64,000 nucleotides of DNA, from positions 16,914 to 80,913 of the forward strand of contig CAKOTZ010000006.1 in assembly GCA_934120395.1 (NCBI GenBank). The letters are read 5' to 3'. Within the stretch, counting starts at the first letter, position 1; each line of letters begins with the position of its first letter. Shown here in pieces: positions 49,356 through 60,061 of the stretch. The position numbers and the translations under genes are program-made. The notes beneath the pieces were generated by a model. It had not been told where the DNA came from. It ran no database searches and saw only the letters and a list, made by a program, of their open reading frames with translations. Source of the DNA: an uncultured Clostridia bacterium (GTDB lineage: Bacteria > Bacillota > Clostridia > TANB77 > CAG-508).

Positions 49356-49589
49356 CTAGAAATTGGCTTTAAGATAGTCAGCCAAATCTGAGCAGTTTTC
49401 CTGAAAACTCTGATCATTTCCTTCAGAGAAAATTGTGTGCTGAAAAAGTAAATATTCAGCATCTTTAGAAATTTTTTCTAATCTATACCGAGAGCCAATA
49501 AACTCAAAATATAAAATTTCTAAAGAAGTGTAATTGGTTTTGGTGATACGCTGAAGTTCTTTAATCAGTTTTTTTTCCATAATGCTCAC
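49356..49589 (-). CDS. hypothetical small protein
   Basis: 77 aa ORF, 3-gene minus-strand block. Confidence 0.4.
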   Translation of the reverse strand: MSIMEKKLIKELQRITKTNYTSLEILYFEFIGSRYRLEKISKDAEYLLFQHTIFSEGNDQSFQENCSDLADYLKANF

Positions 49590-49640
49590 TCCTTATATAA
49601 AAACACATAATGCTAAATATATTATAACAAAGAAACAAAA

Positions 49641-49940
49641 TTATGTCAACTCTGTTAAAATTTGTTCATATCCATCTAAAAGTGTATTGATTTTATTAAA
49701 GCTAGATAAATCTTCAGAAAAGAAAGCTGTGGACATCAAGTTTGCAAACCCTTTATATTGTGGAAAAAAGGCTTCTAATTTTAAAATTAAATCTAGCATA
49801 GTATCAGTGTTAGAAAAGGATATATTATTTTTCTTAAAAAAAGTATGAAGAATAGAACGATATTCATCCATTAATATATTTAAAATATCATCATATTTTT
49901 TTTGACTCAATAGAGACTTTATTTTATTTTTATCTAACAT
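49641..49940 (-). CDS. hypothetical protein
   Basis: RBS aaaggagg before ATG (MLDKNKIKS...), start overlaps upstream stop (ATGTTAGATAA). Confidence 0.45.
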   Translation of the reverse strand: MLDKNKIKSLLSQKKYDDILNILMDEYRSILHTFFKKNNISFSNTDTMLDLILKLEAFFPQYKGFANLMSTAFFSEDLSSFNKINTLLDGYEQILTELT

Positions 49941-51174
49941 CTTCTTCCTTACCTCCTTTAACAATTTGCTTTTCGGTATTAAAGCGATTTATTTCATAAT
50001 CTAAAATAGCTTGTTGTGTAGGAGTATGGCGTATGTTGCTTTTAGCCAAGGTTTCAATTTGAGATCTTTGTAATTGACTAAAACGGTATACCATATATGG
50101 TTTAAATGGTGTAGCTATTTTAGTTTCCTCTAAAGTAATATTATATTTTTTTTCAAGATCATCTAAAAAGCGGGAGTCTGAGTGAACCTTGAAATCTGTA
50201 TTATATTTAGAAATATTAACTGTAAAATCAGAATTATATTTTTCCTTTGATTTTAGAGGGTCAATACTTCTAGAAAGTCTAATATTTTTAGCTTTATCAG
50301 CTTTTGTTAAATTAGCGTATTGTTGGACAATTAAATCAATATTTTTTTCTTTAATTTGATATAAATAAGTTGTACTTTGCATGCAAGATATATATTTGAA
50401 TAAGCTATCTGGTGTAATATTGTATTTTTTAGATGATTTAGTGTCCATAATTATTTTATTTATTTGTTTATAAGTAGCTGTGCGCTTTAAAACTTTTTTG
50501 CTTTCAATATCACCATATATGTAACTTGAATAATCCTGAAGAAATGCTTCAGAAAGTGCTTCGCCATCCTTTGTTATAGTAGTTAATAGTTTATTTTTAA
50601 GTCTATCATAGGCATTTGTACATTCAAAAATTTCTTTCGAATTTTCAGGATTAGGGCAACTGGTCTTTACTATATTTTTTCTAACAGCTTCTGCTTGTTT
50701 AGCTAATCTACTAGACCATAACATATTTTTTGCATATAATTCAATATTGCTATTTCTATTATTATCAAACTCATTAGCCACTTGTTTAGTGGAAACTAAC
50801 AAAGGATTTTCAAAATCTATTGCGCTAGTATTTAAATTTTTAAAATTAGAATTATGCAATGAAATAAAAGATGTAAGTGTACCAGTAGGTCTTAATAATT
50901 GTTTATACATTGATGTTAAAATTTGTGAAGAAATTTTTCGGATGTTTGTAGTATCTGGTTCTTTTATCATTTGCAACATATATAAATTTAATTGTGTTGT
51001 ATTTTCCAAAAATAAATAACTTAAGTATAAATCTATGTCTTGTTTTGGAATATTAAATTCTTTTATATTATCTTTAAATTTTTGACTATTTAACACTGCT
51101 TTACATAGGTCTTTGTATTGTTTAATTTGCTTATCAGAGCTAATGTAGTGTTTAGAAAATTTCATAACCATCAC
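49930..51174 (-). CDS. hypothetical 414-aa protein, no recognised domain
   Basis: Long ORF, translationally coupled to downstream gene. Confidence 0.5.
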   Translation of the reverse strand: MMVMKFSKHYISSDKQIKQYKDLCKAVLNSQKFKDNIKEFNIPKQDIDLYLSYLFLENTTQLNLYMLQMIKEPDTTNIRKISSQILTSMYKQLLRPTGTLTSFISLHNSNFKNLNTSAIDFENPLLVSTKQVANEFDNNRNSNIELYAKNMLWSSRLAKQAEAVRKNIVKTSCPNPENSKEIFECTNAYDRLKNKLLTTITKDGEALSEAFLQDYSSYIYGDIESKKVLKRTATYKQINKIIMDTKSSKKYNITPDSLFKYISCMQSTTYLYQIKEKNIDLIVQQYANLTKADKAKNIRLSRSIDPLKSKEKYNSDFTVNISKYNTDFKVHSDSRFLDDLEKKYNITLEETKIATPFKPYMVYRFSQLQRSQIETLAKSNIRHTPTQQAILDYEINRFNTEKQIVKGGKEEDVR

Positions 51175-51315
51175 TTCCTCTAAAGAATAAATAAAACCTA
51201 ATATAATTATAGCATAAAGGTAATAGGCTTGGCAAATTTATGTTTTTTCAGGAAAACTACTGATTTTTATAGCGTTTTGTGGTATAATATTAATATATGG
51301 GATAAAAGGAGGTTG

Positions 51316-51494
51316 ATGTGGTGAACGAGAAATTTAATATAGATATTGAAAATATAAAAAGAGATTTAGCTATAGAGGGAATGTGCTTATCGGAGGAAGA
51401 TGTAAGTTTATTACAAAAATATTCTAGTAGAGAAATTAATATGGAACAATTAATTAACACCATTCAAAAAACAACAATGGAGGGCATACAATAG
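51316..51494 (+). CDS. small ORF upstream of fic (possible partner/antitoxin-like)
   Basis: 59 codons from GTG; immediately precedes fic start. Confidence 0.3.
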
Positions 51495-51495
51495 A

Positions 51496-52090
51496 ATGAA
51501 AGACCTTTATGAAGCAAGAAATTCAATTTATTGTTATAAGGATAGTAATGTATTAAAAAATAAACTGGAAATTAAAAATAATGAAGATTTATTTTTATAT
51601 GAAACTAAAATAACAGCTGCAAAATTACTTATTTTAAGAGAAAAAGGAATTACAGGCAAATTTGATAGCGCACATTTTATTTCTATACATCGTTTTTTAT
51701 TTGAAGATATCTATCCATTTGCGGGACTTTTTCGCTCAGAAAATATAGCCAAGGATAATTTTAGATTTGCTCAATGGGAATATATTGAGGAACAGTTAAA
51801 ATACACATTGAATCAATTGAAAAGCGAAAATTATTTAGCTGGTTATGACAAAGAGAAATTGGCGGAAAGGCTCGCATATTATATGGCTGAATTAAACGTA
51901 TTGCATCCTTTTAGAGAGCGGAAATGGACGAACAACTAGAGAATTTATTAGACAATTGGCGTTAAAAAATGGTTATGAGCTCAATATAAAAAATATTGTA
52001 GCAGAGGATATGTTAAAAGCCTGTATTGAATCTGTAGTTGATACAACATTTTTACAACAATTGTTAAAACAATGTTTAGAAAAAAAGTAG
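51496..52090 (+). pseudogene. fic: Fic/Doc-family protein with +1 frameshift at 51919 (extra C) inside the catalytic HPFx(D/E)GNGR motif
   Basis: ...ELNVLHPFRE | GNGRTTREFIRQLALKNGYELNIKNIVAEDMLKACIESV... restored by removing c51919. Confidence 0.75.
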
Positions 52091-52151
52091 GGTATGGTCT
52101 TGTGTCTACCCTACTTTTATGCTACTGTTATTATAGAAATAGGGGGTAAAA

Positions 52152-52988
52152 ATGAAACTAGGATTAGCTTTGTCTGGTGGTGGCGTTAAGGGTGCTGCTC
52201 ATATTGGAGTTATACAGGCATTAGAAGAGGAAAATATTTCTATAGATGTGATTAGCGGAACTTCGTCAGGAAGTATTGTATTGGCTTTATATGCTATGGG
52301 TTATACAACAAGAGAAATGAGAGATTTATTTGATGAATTTGCAAAAGTTTTAATTGAAACAAGTCCAAAATATTTTATAACACATGTAAAACAGAATAAG
52401 ACTTTTTTACCTGAAGGTACAAGGTCTGGAGAAAATATAGAATTAGCTGTAAATGAAGTGGCAAGATATAAGAGAATGTTTAATATTAAAGATATAAGAA
52501 TGCCAATTGCTATACCGGCAGTAGATATCGTACAGGGTAAAGAATTTGTATTTACAAACAATGAACATGAAGAGGAATATTATTTAAAAAATGTAAGTAT
52601 AAGCAAGGCGGTAAGAGCTAGTTGTTCTTTTCCAGGAATTTATGCCCCATGCACATATAAAGGTCATTCATTTTTAGATGGGGGAATTCTAAACAATGTA
52701 CCCGTTAAAGAAGCAAAAAAATTAGGTGCAGATAAGGTAATTGCAATTAAATTTGAAGAAGAAAAAATGAGTAAAAAAAGTAATATATATAGTATTTTGC
52801 TAAGAACATTAGATATTATGACTGGGAGAATTGCTGAAGAAAATCTAAAAGAAAGTGATTATATTATTGAATTACCTATAGAAAAAGTAGGACTTTTGGA
52901 TATTAGTAAGTTAGAAGAATGTTATCAAATTGGATATAAGAAGGCAAAGGAATTAATGCCGGAGATAAAAGAAATGATTGGTAAATAA
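52152..52988 (+). CDS. patatin-like phospholipase
   Basis: 278 aa. GGGVKG oxyanion motif, GTSSG nucleophile elbow. Confidence 0.85.
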   Translation: MKLGLALSGGGVKGAAHIGVIQALEEENISIDVISGTSSGSIVLALYAMGYTTREMRDLFDEFAKVLIETSPKYFITHVKQNKTFLPEGTRSGENIELAVNEVARYKRMFNIKDIRMPIAIPAVDIVQGKEFVFTNNEHEEEYYLKNVSISKAVRASCSFPGIYAPCTYKGHSFLDGGILNNVPVKEAKKLGADKVIAIKFEEEKMSKKSNIYSILLRTLDIMTGRIAEENLKESDYIIELPIEKVGLLDISKLEECYQIGYKKAKELMPEIKEMIGK

Positions 52989-53078
52989 TTGTTTAGCACT
53001 AAGTTTAGGGAGAATTCACATAATAGACATAAATAAAAAATATAATAAGCGAAAACAGTGAATAAAGGAGACAAAAGT

Positions 53079-53750
53079 ATGAATGAATACACAATATTAG
53101 TTGTTGATGATGAATCGAGAATGAGAAAATTAATTAAAGACTTTTTAATTAAAAAAGATTTTAAGATTATTGAGGCAGAAGACGGAGAAAAAGCAATAGA
53201 AGTATTTGAGCAAGAAAATGATAATATTGACTTGATACTATTGGATGTAATGATGCCTAAATTAGATGGATGGTCAGTTTTAAGACAAATTCGACAAGAA
53301 TCTAGTGTGCCAATTATTATGCTAACGGCAAGAGGAGAAGAACAAGATGAATTATTTGGATTTGAACTAGGAGTTGATGAGTATATTGCAAAGCCATTTA
53401 GTCCTAAAATATTAGTAGCAAGAGTAGAAGCTATATTAAAAAGAGCATATGGAAATACTAGAAAAGAAGAAAAGGATTATGGTGGAATAAAAATTGATTC
53501 AGAAGGTAGAACTGTAACTGTTGATGACAAAAATGTGGAAATGAGTTTGCGAGAATATGAACTGTTGAAATATTTAGTTGATAATGAAAATATTGCATTA
53601 TCAAGAGATAAAATTTTAAATAATGTATGGAATTATGATTATTATGGAGATTCTAGAACTATAGATAGCCATATAAAGAAAATTAGACACAAATTAGGCA
53701 AAAAGGGTAAATATATTAAAACTATAAGACGGAATAGGATACAAATTTGA
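53079..53750 (+). CDS. OmpR-family two-component response regulator
   Basis: REC (ILVVDDE...LLDVMMP) + winged-helix C-terminus. Confidence 0.88.
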   Translation: MNEYTILVVDDESRMRKLIKDFLIKKDFKIIEAEDGEKAIEVFEQENDNIDLILLDVMMPKLDGWSVLRQIRQESSVPIIMLTARGEEQDELFGFELGVDEYIAKPFSPKILVARVEAILKRAYGNTRKEEKDYGGIKIDSEGRTVTVDDKNVEMSLREYELLKYLVDNENIALSRDKILNNVWNYDYYGDSRTIDSHIKKIRHKLGKKGKYIKTIRRNRIQI

Positions 53751-53770
53751 AGTGAAATAGGGAGGAAAAA

Positions 53771-55309
53771 GTGAAAACACCGAAGACTTTAAAATCTGTA
53801 CGAATGAAGCTATTTCTAACTTTGTCTATAGTTGTTATTATAATAATTGTATTTCTTATCTTACTAAATAATGTGGTTTTAGAAACATATTATTTACATT
53901 CTAAAAGAAATTCTTTACTAAGTGTATATAAAAATATAAATAATTATTATAATAATATTGACGAAAATCAAAATATAGATTTGGAATTGGAGTTAGATAA
54001 GGTAGCATTAAATAACAATTTTGATATGATAATAAAAACAGATGAGGGATTTAATATATTTTCATCTAATAAAAATTTTTTAGATACAATTGGACAAATT
54101 AGTGAAACGGAAGAAGCGGGAACCTACGCTTCTAAAAGAGACACTTTATATGAGGATAATAATTTATATATAAAAAAGGTGAAGGATAAAAAAACAAATC
54201 TAAATGTAATTTTACTTTCTGCAACCTTGGATAATGGATATAAATTATATATAAGATTACCAATAGCCTCTATACAAGAGAGCGTTAAAATTTCTAATAA
54301 TTTCTTATTGCTGATAGGAAGTTTCACAATTTTTATTGGTGGCATTGTTGTATCTGTTATATCTAGTAAATTTACTAAACCAATTTATGAATTAAATAAT
54401 ATCGCTAAAAGAATGGCTAATTTAGATTTCAGTAGAAAATATGAAGAAAAAAATTCAGATGATGAAATTAATGACCTAGGAAAAAGCATTAATATCTTGT
54501 CAGACAAATTAGAAAAGACTATTAATCAATTAAAAGAAGCAAATATAGAACTTGAAAAGGATATAGAACATAAATCGAGAATTGATGAAATGAGAAAACA
54601 GTTTATTTCTGATGTTTCGCATGAATTAAAGACACCAATTGCTTTGATACAAGGATATGCAGAAGGACTACAGGAAAACGTAATCACCGATGAGGAAAGT
54701 CGAAAATTTTATGTTGAAGTAATTTTAGATGAAGCAAATAAAATGGATAAGTTAGTAAAACAATTATTGGAGCTAATGAAATTGGAATATGGCAAGAGAG
54801 AATTTAATAACATTAAATTTGATATGACAGAATTAATTAGAGAAGTTATAAGAAAAACATCGGTAATGTTAGAGGGACAAAATATTAAAGTTAAATTTGA
54901 AGCAAAAGAACCTGTGTATGTATATGCTGATGAGTTTTATATAGAGCAAGTTATCACAAATTATGTAACGAATGCAATTAAGCATGTTGAAGAAAGAAAT
55001 AAAGATATTCTAATTGAAATTCGAATTGAAAAAAGAGAAAATGGAAAAGCAAGAATATATGTTTATAATACAGGTACACCAATTTCAGAAGAAAATCAAA
55101 ATCGTATATGGAATCGTTTTTATAAGATAGATACTTCAAGGAATAGAGAGAAAGGCGGAACTGGAATAGGGCTTTCTTTAGTAAAAGCTATTATGAACAA
55201 CTATAAAAATGCATATGGTGTATACAATAGAGATAATGGTGTAGAATTTTACTTCGATTTAGACTATATTGAAAAAAGTAAGGGTGAAGATGATGAAAAT
55301 ATTAATTAA
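53771..55309 (+). CDS. sensor histidine kinase (two TM, HAMP, HisKA, HATPase)
   Basis: 512 aa. H-box SHELKTPI, G-boxes. Confidence 0.88.
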   Translation: MKTPKTLKSVRMKLFLTLSIVVIIIIVFLILLNNVVLETYYLHSKRNSLLSVYKNINNYYNNIDENQNIDLELELDKVALNNNFDMIIKTDEGFNIFSSNKNFLDTIGQISETEEAGTYASKRDTLYEDNNLYIKKVKDKKTNLNVILLSATLDNGYKLYIRLPIASIQESVKISNNFLLLIGSFTIFIGGIVVSVISSKFTKPIYELNNIAKRMANLDFSRKYEEKNSDDEINDLGKSINILSDKLEKTINQLKEANIELEKDIEHKSRIDEMRKQFISDVSHELKTPIALIQGYAEGLQENVITDEESRKFYVEVILDEANKMDKLVKQLLELMKLEYGKREFNNIKFDMTELIREVIRKTSVMLEGQNIKVKFEAKEPVYVYADEFYIEQVITNYVTNAIKHVEERNKDILIEIRIEKRENGKARIYVYNTGTPISEENQNRIWNRFYKIDTSRNREKGGTGIGLSLVKAIMNNYKNAYGVYNRDNGVEFYFDLDYIEKSKGEDDENIN

Positions 55310-56498
55310 AAATGCAACTTTAATATCAATGGATAAGAATAGAGCTCAAAAGGAAAACAACTGTGATGTTATGGTAGAAAATGATAAAATAATAAAAATT
55401 GGACAGCAGTTGGATGAAAACGTCGATAAAATAATTGAAGCAAAAGAAAGGGTATTGCTTCCAGGATATATAAATACTCATGCTCATGTTCCAATGAGCA
55501 TATTTCGTGAGATAGTAGATGGTTTGCCTTTGCAGGAATGGTTAGAAAAGAAAATTTGGCCAATTGAGTCAAAGTTGACCGCTAATGATATTTATAATGC
55601 TTCAAAATTAAGTTTCGAAGAAATGATAGCTTCAGGAACAACAACCATAAATGATCATTATTTTATGACAGAAGATATTATCAAAGCAGCAGTAGAGAAG
55701 GGGATTAGAATTGAACTTACAAGAGTTCTAATGGATACTGATGGACAAGGAGCTCAAAGAATAAATGAACTAGAAGAACTATTAGAGAAATATCAAAATA
55801 AATATGAGAATATAACATTTAGTATAGGTATACATGGTTTGTATACTTGTAGTCCAGAGTATGTAGAAAAAGCGACTAATTTAGCTAGAAAATATAATTT
55901 AAATGTTCATATGCATTTCTGTGAAAACCAAGAAGAAGTAGAAACAATTAAAAAGGTATATAAAGTGACCTATCCATCAGAAGTATTAGAAAAATATTTC
56001 CAAGGGTTAAATGTAATTTTAGCTCATTGTGTTGAACTAACAAAGTACGATATGAATATTTTAAAAAAGATGAATATAAATGTTTCACATTGTCCAGTAA
56101 GTAACCTAAGATTAGGTTGTGGTATTGCACATATAGAAGAATTAAGAAATATGGGTGTAAATGTTACTTTGGGAACGGATGGACAGGGAAGTGGTAGTAA
56201 TTTAGATATGTTTGAAACAATGAAATTTGCTACATTACTGCAAAAGGGATATTTTAAAAATCCACGTTTTATGCCAGCATATGAAGTGCTAAAAATGGCA
56301 ACTATTAATGGTGCAAAAGCATTAAATAAAGCAAATGAGATTGGAAGTATAACTGTTGGAAAAAAAGCTGATATTATTTTGATAGATTTAGATACAGATT
56401 TAACTAGACCCGTAAATGATATTTTTGCAGATATTGTATATAATGCAAAAGCTGTAAATGTTGTTATGACTATGGTAAATGGAAATATATTAAAATAA
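55287..56498 (+). CDS. amidohydrolase-family metal-dependent deaminase (MtaD/SsnA-like chlorohydrolase family)
   Basis: HAHVPMS metal-binding motif, TIM-barrel hydrolase pattern. Confidence 0.7.
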   Translation, partial: KMMKILIKNATLISMDKNRAQKENNCDVMVENDKIIKIGQQLDENVDKIIEAKERVLLPGYINTHAHVPMSIFREIVDGLPLQEWLEKKIWPIESKLTANDIYNASKLSFEEMIASGTTTINDHYFMTEDIIKAAVEKGIRIELTRVLMDTDGQGAQRINELEELLEKYQNKYENITFSIGIHGLYTCSPEYVEKATNLARKYNLNVHMHFCENQEEVETIKKVYKVTYPSEVLEKYFQGLNVILAHCVELTKYDMNILKKMNINVSHCPVSNLRLGCGIAHIEELRNMGVNVTLGTDGQGSGSNLDMFETMKFATLLQKGYFKNPRFMPAYEVLKMATINGAKALNKANEIGSITVGKKADIILIDLDTDLTRPVNDIFADIVYNAKAVNVVMTMVNGNILK

Positions 56499-56565
56499 AA
56501 ATTAACGACATAAAAAATACTTTATGAGAATAAGTTGTAATAGCTTAGCTCAAGGAGGATTTTTT

Positions 56566-56787
56566 ATGTTGTTTTTATTTAATAGAGCAAAAATTGTATC
56601 ATATTTGGTTATTGTTTTTACTATAGTGGCTTTATTTACAGTATCATATAATTGGCAAATGAGTAAAACAACGTTGCAAGTAACAGCTAATGAAAAGAAA
56701 TTACAGTCATCATATTCTCTAGATACAAATGAGAATAAATCATTGGAAACGTTGCATATCTTTTCTAAATTTGTTAATAATACATAA
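56566..56787 (+). CDS. small membrane protein (hypothetical)
   Basis: RBS aaggagg + ATG; one TM. Confidence 0.4.
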   Translation: MLFLFNRAKIVSYLVIVFTIVALFTVSYNWQMSKTTLQVTANEKKLQSSYSLDTNENKSLETLHIFSKFVNNT

Positions 56788-57004
56788 ATAGGGTGAAATA
56801 AAATCACATAATTACTTAAAAAACAGACGAACTCCTAGAAACACTTTGAAAATATTACACATTAAAATAAAAAAATAAACTTTTTATGTAGACAAAACTA
56901 GAAAAAGATGGTATAATAATAACATAAATTGGAATTCGGGAATTCTAAAGCTAAAACGAAATGAATAAACTACAATAGATAAATAATATAAGGGAGGAAA
57001 AATT

Positions 57005-57709
57005 GTGAATATGGATACAAATTATTCAGAAAATAACTACTTAGTTTTAGTAGGAAAAGTTGCAAATGAAAAAAAATTTAGTCATGAAGTTTATGGAGAA
57101 AGTTTTTACTTGTTTAATTTAGAGGTTCCACGTTTAAGTGGTACATCAGATGTTATACCAATTACAGTTTCAGACAGACTATTAACTGGAACAAATTTAG
57201 AAGTTGGTAGTAATATTATTGTAAAAGGTCAATTTCGTTCATATAATACTTATGACAATACAAAAAATAGATTGGTACTTACAGTATTTGCAAAGGATAT
57301 TTTACCAGTTGAAGAAGCGGCAGAAGAGCAAGATGAAACAATAAAAGAAGAGGTTTCAAATGAGGTTATTTTAAATGGTTATATTTGCAAACCACCTATT
57401 TATCGCCAAACACCATTTAAGAGAGAAATTGCAGATATTTTACTTGCAGTAAATAGAGCATATAATAAATCAGATTATATACCTTGTATAGCGTGGGGAA
57501 GAAATGCAAGATTTTGTCAAAACATAGAAGTTGGAACCTGTGTAAGAATTTTTGGTAGAGTTCAATCAAGAATGTATGAAAAAAAGCTTGAAGATGGAAC
57601 AGTAGAACAAAGAGTTGCTTATGAGGTGTCTATAGGAAGTATGGAAGTCATCAATGAAGAAGATGGGAGTAAAATGGAAGACATAGATACAAATAAACAA
57701 GCAATGTAA
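57005..57709 (+). CDS. tandem OB-fold SSB-like hypothetical protein
   Basis: 234 aa. Two repeated ~100-aa segments with ...G.V.......E..YGESFY.F.LEV.R.SG..D.I and ...ILNGYICKPPIYRQTPFKREIADILLAV.R....SDYIPCIAWGRNA patterns. Confidence 0.4.
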   Translation: MNMDTNYSENNYLVLVGKVANEKKFSHEVYGESFYLFNLEVPRLSGTSDVIPITVSDRLLTGTNLEVGSNIIVKGQFRSYNTYDNTKNRLVLTVFAKDILPVEEAAEEQDETIKEEVSNEVILNGYICKPPIYRQTPFKREIADILLAVNRAYNKSDYIPCIAWGRNARFCQNIEVGTCVRIFGRVQSRMYEKKLEDGTVEQRVAYEVSIGSMEVINEEDGSKMEDIDTNKQAM

Positions 57710-57839
57710 ATTAGATATAACTTAATAAATAAATATAACCCAAGAATAGATAGGATTTTCCTATCTATTTTTGGGTCTAAAAGTATTGTAAGTATTTATA
57801 AGTTATGATAAGATATACACAAAAAAGAGGAGCAGTTAG

Positions 57840-59487
57840 ATGGAAAAAAAGAAGAATTTAATATTTTTTATTTTGACTAGTATATTGGTTGTAATATTTT
57901 GTATATCTCTTTGTCCAGTAGGATTGCAAAATGATACTTTTTATACTATTAAAATAGGTGAATATATCATGCAAAATGGAATTTCTGTGTTACATGGTGG
58001 AATGGATCCATTTTCTTGGCATAGTGATTTGCCATATACTTTTCCACATTGGGCGTATGATGTATTTATTTATTGGACATATAATTTAGGCGGATTTTTA
58101 GGAATATTTATTTCAACTGTGGTATTAGCTTGTATTTTGGGTTTATCAATTTATTTTGTAAATTATAAATTAACAAAAAATAAATTAGTATCATTTTTAA
58201 TTACACTTCGGAGCAATGTATTTACTTAAAGGATATGTTGCCGCAAGAGCACAGTTGCTTACATTTATTTTGTTTATATGGACAATTTATTTTATAGAGC
58301 AATATTTAAAAACAAAGAAAAAACGTTATGGAATTGCATTAATAATTATTCCAATAATTATTGCAAATGTCCACTTAGCTGTATGGCCATTTTTCTTTGT
58401 GTTATTCTTACCATATATTGGAGAATATGTAATAGCAGTTTTAACAAGCAAAAATTACTTTAGAAAATTGAGTATAAAAAGATACAGTAGAAAAATTGCT
58501 AAAGGAAAAATTAGCAAAGAAAAGGCATTAAAATATGAAGAAAAAATAAATAAGTTAGAAGAAAAAGAGAGCATTGCGGAGGAAAAAACAAATAAACGCA
58601 GAGAGCATCCATATAAGATTAGTATTGAGAAAAATGATAATGTAAAGGGACTTATAATAATTGCAATTATTTGTGCTTTTACGGGCTTATTAACACCACT
58701 TGGAGATACACCATATACATATTTAATTAATACTCTAAGAGGTAATACAATGGATAGTATAAGCGAACATTTACCTATGGTTCTTATTAATGCAAAAGAT
58801 TTCATGTGCGTGTTAGTTATTTTTCTTGCAATACTATTATTGACAGATACAAAAATCAAGTTGCGTGATTTTTTCATGGTTGGAGGTCTTCTTTTAATGG
58901 CATTAAGCACAAGAAGACAAATGTCTATGTTTATACTAATTTGTTCGGTAATTTTAAATCGTTTAGTATGTAACTTTACATCAAAATATGACCCAGAAGG
59001 TTGCAGAAAAATGGAAGCAAATATGGTAAAAATACCAGGAATAATTATAACTATAGCTGTTGTATTAATTGTTAGTTTATACATGGCAAAACCTAAATTC
59101 AATGACAAATTTATATCAACTAAAAATTATCCTGTTGAAGCATGTGATTTTATACTAAATAATGTTGATATTCAAAGTATGCGTTTATATAATGAATACA
59201 ATTTTGGAAGTTATGTGCTATATAGAGGAATTCCAGTATTTATAGATTCAAGAGCGGATTTATATGCACCAGAATTTAATGGCGGAAGAAACATTTTTAC
59301 AGATTATATTAATACATCTAATTTAAATCTTTATTATGAAACTAAATTTAAGGAATATAAGATAACACATGTTCTAATATATAAAAATTCTAAATTGAAT
59401 ATGTTAATATCTAAAGATATTCATTATAATTTATTGTATTCAGATGATGCCTTTTGTTTTTACGAAAGACTATCTAGCAATGAGTAA
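57840..59487 (+). pseudogene. polytopic membrane protein (YfhO-like / glycosyltransferase-like), split by +1 frameshift at 58209 (extra C before GGA)
   Basis: ...LVSFLITL | GAMYLLKGYVAARAQLLTFILF... restored by removing c58209; >12 TM segments + C-terminal extracytoplasmic domain. Confidence 0.6.
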
Positions 59488-59501
59488 GAAAAGGAGTTAT
59501 A

Positions 59502-60005
59502 ATGCAAATTGAAGACGAGAAAAAAAGAAAACTAACAAAAGCTTTTGGAACCACAGCTGTAATAATATTAATTGCTCAAGCAATTAATATATATGTTGTA
59601 GCTAATGTAAAAGATGCAAGCAAAGTGCTTTTGAATGGTTTTTTACAGTTGACTTACGTGGAAAATACAGGAGGAGCTTTTGGAATTGGAGCGAATGATA
59701 CAATAGGTTTTATATTGATTAATATACTTGTTTTAGGGATTATAATTCACTTTATGATATCACAAGTAGATAGAATTGATAGAAAGACTATGATGTCATT
59801 AAATTTAATGCTTTCTGGAGGAATAAGTAATCTTATAGATAGAATTGTAAGGGGATTTGTTGTTGATTATATTGATGTTTCTCAAATTTTTAAATTTCCG
59901 GTATTCAATTTAGCTGATATATGTATTTTTTTAGGCTGGATAATTTTAATTATTTCAATTTTAATTTATTGGAGAAAAGAAGTAAAAGCTAAAAAGAAAT
60001 CTTAA
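59502..60005 (+). CDS. lspA: lipoprotein signal peptidase (signal peptidase II)
   Basis: 167 aa. NTGGAFG and FNLADICI motifs. Confidence 0.9.
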   Translation: MQIEDEKKRKLTKAFGTTAVIILIAQAINIYVVANVKDASKVLLNGFLQLTYVENTGGAFGIGANDTIGFILINILVLGIIIHFMISQVDRIDRKTMMSLNLMLSGGISNLIDRIVRGFVVDYIDVSQIFKFPVFNLADICIFLGWIILIISILIYWRKEVKAKKKS

Positions 60006-60011
60006 AAATTG

Positions 60012-60040
60012 AAGGCACGGCTTAATTGCTGTGCTTTTTA
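60012..60040 (+). terminator. possible weak terminator/attenuator
   Basis: gcacggc-ttaatt-gctgtgc + T5. Confidence 0.35.
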
Positions 60041-60061
60041 TATTAGAAGGAGAAGTTTTAA

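Noticed and set aside
49930-49964. Possible frameshift joining ORFs 49641..49964 and 49930..51174
   Set aside because: Perfect RBS aaaggagg precedes an internal ATG and stop/start overlap ATGTTAGATAA; two coupled genes, not a frameshift
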